A stretch of 63,186 nucleotides of DNA, counting the filler, from Asterionella formosa (Eukaryota): assembly GCA_002256025.1 (NCBI GenBank). It is 15 parts of 15 records of this genome, joined end to end, with 100 filler letters (N's around TTAATTAATTAA, not from the genome) between each part and the next. Parts side by side here need not be neighbours in the genome. Positions count along the whole stretch, not along the records: positions 1 to 16,494 come from NKIB01004854.1; 14 more parts are not named here. The stretch is one strand, 5' to 3'. Below are positions 1 through 8,975 of this stretch, piece by piece. The notes beneath the pieces are model-generated. The model was not told the origin of the DNA, did no database searches, and was given only the letters and a program-made list of their open reading frames with translations. Each line of letters starts with the position of its first letter. Within the stretch, counting starts at the first letter, position 1. Position numbers and translations under genes: made by a program.

Positions 1-172
1 GAAGTTGAATGGTGATAGGGTTGGTGGTAGGTCGTTTGTTGATGACAGGTAAATCAACAGTGGCGTAATTGCCAGAACTACCAGAATCAGCAATGAGTGT
101 GACGGGGGGACAAGTGATGGGAGATAACTTTGTGTTAATAGTATTATCGGCAGCAACTTGCTCCCCTCCACA

Positions 173-1261
173 TCAAGCAAGTGGTGAAGGTGGCGGTGAA
201 ACACGGGGTGGCCGGGTAGGACGGGGACCATCACTGAACAGACGGACGCTGCCACCCAGACGTCGATCAAGGGTGGCATTGAGTTGATGGCCAGAAGCTG
301 GATGATTGCAAGTTGCACTGGTATGGTCAGGGTTTTTGGTAAGACCATGAGTCCAACAATAGCCTAATTGGACATTGTTGTAAGTGTATCCAGAAGGGAC
401 AGCACGAGCAGCGGCAGCAATAGCTGGCAATGGGGGAGGGCCACTGGTTTGAATGGCAGCATGGGCACCATGATAACCGGCAGTGGTGGCGGTGGCAAGG
501 CGCAATCGTTCCTTATCAGCATGCATGAAATGTGGGCAAAAATTAACCCATGTACGGTCCAGCTCAGCGCGATCACGCCAAGTTTGAATGCTATGCGAAT
601 ATACACCAGCCTGTTCTAAAGCAGAAAGAGTCAATCGCATGACAGTACTGTCAGAGAAAGGTTCTCCACCAGCATCAGCAATGGCACGAAGATGTTTGAT
701 GCGGATCCATAAATGCTCAATAGGTTCCTCTGGTGTCCAAGCATCGGCCAAGCGCATGCGATTGAGTTCCAAATCATCCGCACTCAATGTTGCATATGTA
801 GATTCTAAGTGAGCAAGTAAGGTCAGAACAGTGATGTCTGCATATCCAAATGTAGCATCTTCCAGAACGTTGTAGTAGGTTGGGTCAATGGCTGTTAGAA
901 TTTGTTGTCGGAGAATTTCACGGATTTGGGAGTAACGGCGGAATGCGTCAAGGGAGGTGTCAAAGAGACGGTTGGCAGCAGTGATTTGGGACTGTGTTGC
1001 AGTAGCACTGTGTGTCGGCTGGATGCCGGGATGTTCGGGCGGTACAAAGGGTTCACCGGCACGTAAGAGATAAGGAGCAGCAGCCATGACAATACCAAGG
1101 AAACCATTGGCACCACCACCACTGGTACAGTGGACAGAGCGAGCATTGGCAAAGAGTTCCTTGCGAAGGCGGGTTACAGTGAAGGCTGTAGGTTTGCCCT
1201 CGATCGGCGTCAAGAGCGGATGAGGGAAGGGGAAAACAGCGGAAACGATTGGAGTCGTCAT
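173..1261 (-). CDS. gag: Copia gag protein (362 aa)
   Basis: Intact ORF with motifs typical of diatom Copia gag; near-identical second copy at 43328-44203. Confidence 0.88.
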   Translation of the reverse strand: MTTPIVSAVFPFPHPLLTPIEGKPTAFTVTRLRKELFANARSVHCTSGGGANGFLGIVMAAAPYLLRAGEPFVPPEHPGIQPTHSATATQSQITAANRLFDTSLDAFRRYSQIREILRQQILTAIDPTYYNVLEDATFGYADITVLTLLAHLESTYATLSADDLELNRMRLADAWTPEEPIEHLWIRIKHLRAIADAGGEPFSDSTVMRLTLSALEQAGVYSHSIQTWRDRAELDRTWVNFCPHFMHADKERLRLATATTAGYHGAHAAIQTSGPPPLPAIAAAARAVPSGYTYNNVQLGYCWTHGLTKNPDHTSATCNHPASGHQLNATLDRRLGGSVRLFSDGPRPTRPPRVSPPPSPLA

Positions 1262-1408
1262 GGTGGAAGAAGGCCTGAGAGACAGGGACAGCGAACGGGC
1301 AAGCGGTGCTGGACGGTTGATTGTTGAGACCAGTGCTGGTTTGCACTGTCGACAAGAGCCGCAACTTCGCAGGTGCGGACAAGAGAGAAAGAACAGATAT
1401 TGTAGTTC

Positions 1409-1579
1409 TGTTGAGGGGAACCTTATCGTGAATAAAGGTGAACTACAATATTATGACTATTCTATTGCTGTTCCAAGTACATCGTTGTTAGCACTCATGC
1501 ATGTACCTAACTAATCTGGTGGCTGCGCCGGTATGGTTCGTGCGGCGCATGTATGGAGCATCATATGCATATATTAACA
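1409..1579 (-). repeat. 5' LTR (~171 bp)
   Basis: Minus strand begins TGTTAA and ends TCAACA (TGTT..AACA termini). Lies upstream of gag; host reading frame resumes right after 1580. Partner LTR is outside the window. Confidence 0.7.
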
Positions 1580-1580
1580 G

Positions 1581-3905
1581 AATATCGCCCCTAATTTTGT
1601 CGCCCCTACGCACCATCATGCTCAAATTGTAAATGAGCATGGTGTACAAGCAGAGTACGCAAGGAATGGACTCTGTCCTTATCATCCAGACATTCAGCTT
1701 CGTAAAAAGAATGTGATTGGAGTTGACGAGACTGTGCGAGACAGCTGCCCTAAATGCGATCGTCTGAATACCCAAGGGCCTACTTCTCCAGCGACTCCAA
1801 TGCCTCAGCAGTCTCCTTCTTTGCCAGCAATCCAAATTCAAACCACTTCAAGTTCGTGTCCGATTGCTGCAATTCTTTCAAATATGCAAATGAATGAACG
1901 GAATGCTGACATTCAAATAAAAGGTTGTTCAGAACTTTGTGACTTGGCTGCGAATAATGACAACAAGGTGACGATTGCTGCAGCAGGAGGTATCACTACG
2001 ATTCTGTCTGCAATGAAGGCTCATTCCTCAAATGCTAATGTACAACACTATGGTTGTGGAGCACTTATGAACTTGGCTGTTAATGACAAGAACAAGGTGA
2101 CGATTGTTGAAGCAGGAGGTATAACTACGATTCTGTCTGCAATGAAGACTCATTCCTCAAATGCTAATGTACAATACGAAGGTTGTGGAGCACTTCAGAA
2201 CTTGGCTTTGAGAAACGACAAGAACAAGGTGACGATTGTTGAAGCAGGAGGTATAACTACGATTCTGTCTGCAATGAAGACTCATTCCTCAAATGCTAAT
2301 GTACAATACTATGGTTGTGGAGCACTTTTTTACTTGGCTGTGAATGACAATAACAAGGTCACGATTGCTGATGCAGGAGGTATCACTACGATTCTGTCTG
2401 CAATGATGACTCATTCCTCCAATGATGATGTGCAACACTTGATGAAGACTAATTCCTCTAATGCTACTGTACAACAGTATGGTTGTAGAGCACTTGGGAC
2501 CTTGGCTACTACTAATAAAAGGATCAAGCTGATAATTGCCGATGCTGGTGGAGAAGATGTAATTAAATCTGCTATTCGAAATCACTCATCCAATGCTGGT
2601 GTCTCTGAAAAAGGTAATGAAGCACTTCGTATCTTTCAACCAGTCTCAACAACATCCAAGAGATCGCATCTTCCTTCCTTAACAACTCCAACACCAAGCA
2701 TTGGTAATTCAACTGATCTCATTTCTGAAGGTCAATCGAAAATGAAGGAAGCAATGTACAATGAGAATTCAAGACCAATTGAGCTTTCTGTTGAATTCAT
2801 TACTTATTGTACAAACAACTTTGATGAAGAGAGAAAACTTGGTCAAGGAGCTTTTGGTGCTGTCTACAAAGGCAAGGATAACAATCGGTATTTTGCTGTT
2901 AAACGCATTCGTTTCAATATTGCTGTTGAGAAAGATAAGGTGAAGGAAGTTACCAAGGGTTTTAAAAGAGAATTGCAGGTGAGCTCATTTGTGTATCAAA
3001 TATTGCATTTTGTTTCAAGTCTTTATGTTTCTCATTCCACTGTCATACTATTTCAGGCATTGAAGAGGTTCCGACACCCCAATATTGTAACTTTGTATGG
3101 CTATCACTTGTCCTCTGGTTCACCTAATCAATACCTTGTGTTTGAGTATGCATCCAAGGGTTCTCTTGATAAATTTTATGAGAATGAAGAAAGCAGAGCA
3201 ACTCTCTCAAGTGAGATCAGACTTCAAATCATGTTCGACATTATTCGTGCCATCCACTTCCTTCATACTGGTACAGAGGACAATCTTGGTCTGTTTCATC
3301 GTGATATCAAGTCAGCTAATATCTGCCTTGATCAGAACTATACTGCCAAGCTGATTGATTATGGTCTAGCCAAATTTGTTCTTGTAGATGACTCCAATGA
3401 AACCAGTGCAAATTCTTTTTCAGTTCAGATCACATCAAATTGTGGAGTGTTTGGGTCACGTGGCTACATATGTCCATGGTATTCTAGGGGAGGTAAAAAA
3501 TTTGAAGCATCATGTGATGTTTACTCATTTGGCATTGTCATGATTGAGCTTGTGACAGGCTGCCTTCAAAATGATAAGACAATGTTGGGAGATTTCTACG
3601 AACAATACTTCCCAGATGAATTTGAAGGAAACATTAATGAGGCATTGGAGTTGGCAATTCTAAAACTGGTAGAAGATTTTGATCCTCTAGCAAAGAATTG
3701 GGATGATGGAATTCTGGCCTCGGTGTGTACATTAGCCATTCGTTGCATTCAGAAAAATCGCAAAAAGAGGCCAACAACTATTAAATTGGTTGAAGAGTTG
3801 GCGTGTTTGGTTGAAGAGTTGGGTCAACTTGTAAGTGCAACAGATCATTATGTTGGATGTGAATCGTCACAATTGATAATTGCCTTAGACAAACATAAGG
3901 TTTAG
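1581..3905 (+). CDS. Zn-ribbon + armadillo-repeat + IRAK/Pelle(RLK)-like Ser/Thr kinase; 5'-truncated by LTR; one intron 2979-3056
   Basis: Frame open from 1581 (CPYHPDIQLRKK...CPKC motif). About five to six 43-44 aa ARM repeats. Kinase motifs GQGAFGAVYKG, AVK, HRDIKSAN, DYGLAK, DVYSFG. Removing the 78-nt GT..AG intron restores FKRELQ|ALKRFRHPNIV. Confidence 0.85.
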   Translation, partial: NIAPNFVAPTHHHAQIVNEHGVQAEYARNGLCPYHPDIQLRKKNVIGVDETVRDSCPKCDRLNTQGPTSPATPMPQQSPSLPAIQIQTTSSSCPIAAILSNMQMNERNADIQIKGCSELCDLAANNDNKVTIAAAGGITTILSAMKAHSSNANVQHYGCGALMNLAVNDKNKVTIVEAGGITTILSAMKTHSSNANVQYEGCGALQNLALRNDKNKVTIVEAGGITTILSAMKTHSSNANVQYYGCGALFYLAVNDNNKVTIADAGGITTILSAMMTHSSNDDVQHLMKTNSSNATVQQYGCRALGTLATTNKRIKLIIADAGGEDVIKSAIRNHSSNAGVSEKGNEALRIFQPVSTTSKRSHLPSLTTPTPSIGNSTDLISEGQSKMKEAMYNENSRPIELSVEFITYCTNNFDEERKLGQGAFGAVYKGKDNNRYFAVKRIRFNIAVEKDKVKEVTKGFKRELQVSSFVYQILHFVSSLYVSHSTVILFQALKRFRHPNIVTLYGYHLSSGSPNQYLVFEYASKGSLDKFYENEESRATLSSEIRLQIMFDIIRAIHFLHTGTEDNLGLFHRDIKSANICLDQNYTAKLIDYGLAKFVLVDDSNETSANSFSVQITSNCGVFGSRGYICPWYSRGGKKFEASCDVYSFGIVMIELVTGCLQNDKTMLGDFYEQYFPDEFEGNINEALELAILKLVEDFDPLAKNWDDGILASVCTLAIRCIQKNRKKRPTTIKLVEELACLVEELGQLVSATDHYVGCESSQLIIALDKHKV

Positions 3906-4072
3906 GGTTAGGGAAAAGGGAAGACGCCTCTAGGCGTCATCCCTATGGAGCATCCAGCCGTTAGGGTAGGGTTAGGGCAAAGGGACGACGCCTCCAGGCA
4001 CCATCCCTATAGAGCATCCAGCCCTTCTAGGGCTGGGCATGTATCTGTAGCACACAGTATGACTAATCCTAT
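3902..4072 (+). repeat. Tandemly duplicated TTAGGG + hairpin module; homologue at 15075-15148
   Basis: Two ~60-bp units, each TTAGGG-like tract + AGGGA-x-GACGCC..GGC(G/A)(T/C)C-A-TCCCT hairpin + GAGCATCCAGCC; third hairpin CCAGCCCT-TCT-AGGGCTGG at 4018-4036. Confidence 0.8.
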
Positions 4073-6169
4073 AGATGGAAACTGGTATGATAATGAATGT
4101 GTTATGGCTGGGTGCATGATCGAAGAACATATAGTAGCTCTAGTAGGCCTGGTACAAACCATTATTTCTAAAAATATAGCTAAATATTTTGTGCGATGAA
4201 TCTCTTGTTGTTACAACCATCACCATGTTGATTGAACTCGGTTGGTTCCATTTGCTTCCCTTCAGTGCCTTGTGTTTTGCGATATAGTATTAGAACCATG
4301 ATCATAGCGCTGATCGGAAACCAAACCGCAAAACAGATGACATCAAACTTTCACTTGTTTGGACGATATTTTTCTTTGGTGATGGCGGAGTCATCACTAC
4401 GTGGGTGCTGGATTCCGGCCGACCTCCTCATTCACTACATGAACCAAAAAAACAACATTGGAAGCAACATGCTATTGACTACGCAAACATTGATGACAGA
4501 CATGAACAAGTGCTACCCTATTGAATTGGATCATCAATTTACTGGATGGCTTGGCTCATTGCTGACATATTTTTTAAAATCTAATTTCAGATTCCAGATC
4601 AGAACCTTCATCAGTCGAACCGTCAACCGGACAGGCAGTCGGCAGTCGGCAGAGAAGGGTGTGTCGAACAGTCATCGATCCCCAGGTCTTCCGTTGAGTC
4701 ACACCCTCGTATTTGATTCAATTCTGATACCGGTAGGCGATAAAAGAATATAGCGTCGATGTGGTAGACAAAGGACAGCGGTGAGGCCGTGAGGCCGTCG
4801 ACAGAACCTCATGGTGTTTTAATTCAACAAGAACAGAAGTGTGTGTGATCTGGTCTGTAAGATATGCATACCACAACGGTACCTGGTACCAGGGTACTGT
4901 ACGGCAATTCGAATGTCGTCCTGACGCTCCCCGCTTTGGTACCGTACCTGGTACAATACAAGTGCAAGTACATACCGTCATGTACAGTACATTCCTGTGT
5001 ACTCTGTTCCTGGGTGGTACATACAAAAAATTCAAACCCCACTGTAATGAAACTTTTTACGACCGTAGTGAAAGCTAATGTACTACCGGTACCTGGTACC
5101 CTGGTAGTAGCAGTCAACTAGCACTGTGTACAAGGTACCAGGTACCTGGTACCAGTAATCTTGCGAAATAGAATGTGTATGGATGTATTACCGAAATATC
5201 TGATAGCTACTATAGGTGCTGATAATAAAATTGCTTACTGGCATGCATGTGTACACCGCCTCTTAATTTACAAGCAGAATCAAAGTGTTGAAGCCAAGGC
5301 ATATCCATCCTGATGCTCTATTGGAACAACTTGATGATGCTGGTGGCAACAAGTGCCAATGCTGAAGGAGGTCTTGGCATGACATCTGCTGCATTGGACT
5401 TGAGCCGCCAATTGAGTGGAATTGCTGAGGAGGTTGTGATTGCAGGAACAATTCATGTCGCTTGCTTTTGCACCTTGATTTTACAGTGGCTGCTATTGAT
5501 TTGAAATGCTGAATATGTAGAATGTAGAAACTCTGCTTATTTGATGGAGGAGAATTGTCATGAAGTTCCCCTGCTAGCTAGCTACTAATTCGAGTGGAAG
5601 GTAGCTATATTGAATGGCTGCCTGGTGGTGAACTTGTTACTATCCTTGCTTCTGAAAAGTCGACATTTGCATAAGGTTGTTGCAACTGACCGTGTTACTA
5701 TGTGTGTCCAAACATGTATAGGATGCATTGTTGACAACGAAAAAACAAAGCCAGTTTTTTCAGTGCCTTGATGTGCCACCTTGCTTGTTAGGCAGCATGC
5801 CACATAGAGAAGCATGATATGTATTTGCCACATTGCAAGTGATAACTTCAGAACAATGTTGGATAGATTGAGTTTATCATTTCCGCCTCTTTCTTCACAA
5901 AAAGTGAAGGCTTTATTCAGTGCCAATGATGAGCGATGCAATGCAAAACCCTTTTTGGAAAAACTTCGACAGGAAATTGGTGCCATCACCACAATTGATT
6001 CTGAAGAAAAAGAAAGCAATGATCAGCGATGCGGAGGACAAAACTTTGGCTTGCTTGTTGCTACATCGTCTCATGATTGTAGAATAATGAAAAATCTAGC
6101 TAGTAGTAGCTAGTATATATATTTTAGTGTTAATGATAGTCAATGTATTGTTATTTCCAGGAAACTTAA

Positions 6170-8580
6170 CTTGTAGAAGTGGATGGGCTGGTGCCCACCA
6201 TTGTTGCAACAATCCGCCCTTCATCATTTGGTTGATTAGCTAGCTATCTGGGAGACTGTTTTGTCAACACCATATGCTTCACTCATAAATGCGGTCAATG
6301 GCTACATGAGCAGTATAGCTATCCAGCTCAAATTAAGTGTGCCACTGCTTCCTACAAGACCTTGCGCCAAGTAGCAACAATAGAGGCACTTTACACGCCC
6401 CCCCCTTTCAACCCTTGTAAATAGCAGCCTAGCATGCTTGCTTTCGAACACCAATTCCCACTTCAAACTCCTGTCAGAGTCCCTGTCAGAGTACAAAGAG
6501 TGTTGTTGGAGTCTTACTAAGCAAGAAGACTGCCGTGGTGGTATTCTGGCTCCACAACCAGCCTGCCATTACACCCACGTCAAATCCAAATTCATTTTCA
6601 TGTTGTGTTTCCTTGTCTTTTAGATTGTTTGCTTATTCACTCTTGGAGCCTGAAATTAAATTCGAAATTTCCATCATTGAAAGTTGGGGTCACAGCTGCA
6701 GGGGCGACCTTGAGACCAACAACTTTAAACCTTTGCCCTGCCTGACATTCTTGTAAGGCGCGCAATTGCGACTTTTACTTGTATTCAACTTTGTCATCCC
6801 CTTTTGCATAGCTGACTTGAGTACCAGAAAAGCCCAGCCACTATTTGCGCCAGCCTGCATCCATCTCTTTCATGTCGCTCTCGTTGTGTTTGCTTCTGCA
6901 GTGAATACAGCCCAAGTAGCTACTACCTCATTCCTCTGCTGACCAGCTAGTCGTCGCTTGTTGTGCTCCACCTGCCGCCTGTTCCCCTTGTGGTACCACC
7001 TGCTTGCATACACCAGCACCAGCACCAGCACCTTGATCGAGATCCACACCAATTTCGTCAATATATACCACCTCACCTTGCTTCTGAATCAGTACTACTA
7101 CTAATAATAGGAATTTTCTCCACTGGAGTGGCAGCTGCTGGAAGGCGACGCACAAATGCGTAGCTATTGCGACCTGACGCGCTCTGTCAGCAGTTTATCT
7201 GGTAATCTGGTAGGTAGCCATGTAGGTGTGGCTCAAAAACGGCCCATAGCAGTGGCTGTGCTTGGCAGCGTCAATGGTACTACTTCACGTGGGAACTGCA
7301 GAAGAATACCTACCTATTTGGAACGCACTACAGTTCTTTACAAAAGCCAATCATCAGTCACACCACCGCACCTCTCTTTGAGCACATGCATACTTACATG
7401 CTCCTCCAATACACAGCCAGCCAGGGCTGCTGCCACCTTGGCATCAGGATATGGAGAAGGAGATCAACATCAATGTAAGTTTCTACTTGCTTTGTGTGCC
7501 GTTTCCAGCAACTGCGGAAATCTATATCATCGCGGGAGCATCCATTCCTTCATGCATGGGCTGGGTTGAGGGATATTTGCGAAGGCTGTGTGTTCCAATT
7601 AATTCAATGATGCCAAGCTTGTTGAACTCACTAACTGACCAAACTTCATCATGCAGGATACAGTATGCCTTTTTTTTTCCATTCTGAGCAAGGATTATTG
7701 GTGGCTTCCAAGAGGAAAAACCCAGTCATTCTCCGGCCCAGTGAGCTGCCATTGGAGCGACATTCCTTCTGTCTCCAGGTGGATTACCAAGTTAAAGTAG
7801 TACACAATACTGTGGCTCGCTCCATTGCACCCATGAGTAATTGATCTGGTGCATCCCTCTCATGATCCTTGCTTGACATTCTTGGACCAACACAGCTGAC
7901 ATAGTATCAGGGTAAAAGGAAGCAAAACGAAGATTGGGCTTCAAGTTTTCCTTCGTCTTCAATCTGAATTGGACACAATCGTCGATCCGGCCGACCATGT
8001 GGAATTGGAAGGCCAGGAACATAGAGAAAGCAACTATCTGGTAGCGGCGGATACTGTCTTTGCATCGTTGAAGTGCAGCAATTGTGTTGGTAAGGCAAAT
8101 TCTTGGGCTTCAAGCAGCGCAAGTGGACGACGTGCTGCTGATGCTTTTCCTTGCTTGCGGAGCAACCCGACCTCCTTTTTCTTTACAGCCTTGCTTGATT
8201 AGTAGCTAGGTCAAGAACAAGCACAGATCTGCCTGGTTGGATTTCCACAGTTGGCTGGTCATGACATTCCAAGTTGAGAGCCGGAGTGGCATGAAGTACT
8301 ATTAGGACAATGCCGCCCTTCTTGTAATAGCTAGCTACTATTCCATTGAGGTTGATCTAGTAGTACCATCTGTTGGATTGTTGTTTTGGCTTGGATTTGG
8401 TTTACTGCACCATAAGTCTTCACAGCCATCCATTTGTACATGTGTTCAGGCTTGATTTCTGCTAGCTGCTCTAGACTTAACTCATAGTCAGTAGCATATT
8501 CTATCCCGTGCATCTTTGTAGGTCGCTCATCATAGCTAATAGAATCCTCCTGGTGTGCGTGTATTGATGGCATTGCAAAA
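6170..8580 (-). pseudogene. Decayed Crypton-type (CryptonS-like) tyrosine recombinase with C-terminal GCR1_C-like domain
   Basis: Fragments in several frames: YKWMAVKTYG, FQFHMVGRIDD, HSLRKYPST, PDAKVAAAL, ARLLFTRVERGGRVK; homologous to 48042-49797 and 51013-51459; many stops and frameshifts; ends approximate. Confidence 0.8.
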
Positions 8581-8785
8581 GTTGGTTCATTCCTATCAAC
8601 ATGGTCTAGATTTGTATTGCTTTATTCAGGAAGCCTTCTATAAATAGTGGTGTGTGGCTGGGGGCAACCATCTACCGGCGGTATTATGGTACCTGGTACC
8701 AGTACCATTCACTTGGTGGTTCCTGGTCCTCTGTGTACCAGGTACCGGTAGTGCATACAACTATATATATATAAATCTTACATAC

Positions 8786-8975
8786 ATGGACACATAAGAT
8801 TGATTTATGATGATGCTATGGTTGAATTTCCCAAGAGATTACAACAATATACTACGCACGACTAATTTGAGTTGAAAATTCAACCAAAAGAAGAGAAAAA
8901 ATTCAACCCCCAGCCAACAATGCAACCGATTTGAAAAGGCAACTTGGGTTGAATTTTAGCTACCAATAACAGTAC
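8786..8975. repeat. Dispersed repeat rich in GGTTGAA/TTCAACC, upstream of the Crypton ORF; inverted copy at 35061-35331
   Basis: ATGGACACATAAGATTGATTTATGATG...GGTTGAATTTCCCAAGAG...GAGTTGAAAATTCAACCAAAAGAAGAG matches the reverse complement of the end of contig 4. Confidence 0.8.

Larger units (their letters stand above)
1..1579 (-). mobile_element. Ty1/copia-type (diatom CoDi-like) LTR retrotransposon, 5' portion: LTR, leader, gag, start of protease; cut by window edge
   Basis: Minus strand: LTR TGTT...CAACA (1579-1409). gag ORF 1261-173 has FPHPLLTPIEGKPT/GGGANGFLG N-terminus and YCWTHG..HTSATC..H knuckle. Aspartic protease motif LIADSGSS follows in frame. Confidence 0.9.

Noticed and set aside
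2979..3056. Hydrophobic insertion or TM segment within the kinase domain
   Set aside because: It is a 78-nt in-frame GT..AG intron
4018..4055. Helitron 3' end
   Set aside because: Hairpin present but no CTRR terminus at the expected distance
4232..6113. ORFs 4232-4753 and 5814-6113 as genes
   Set aside because: No recognisable motifs and fragmented context; possibly TE remnants but unsupported
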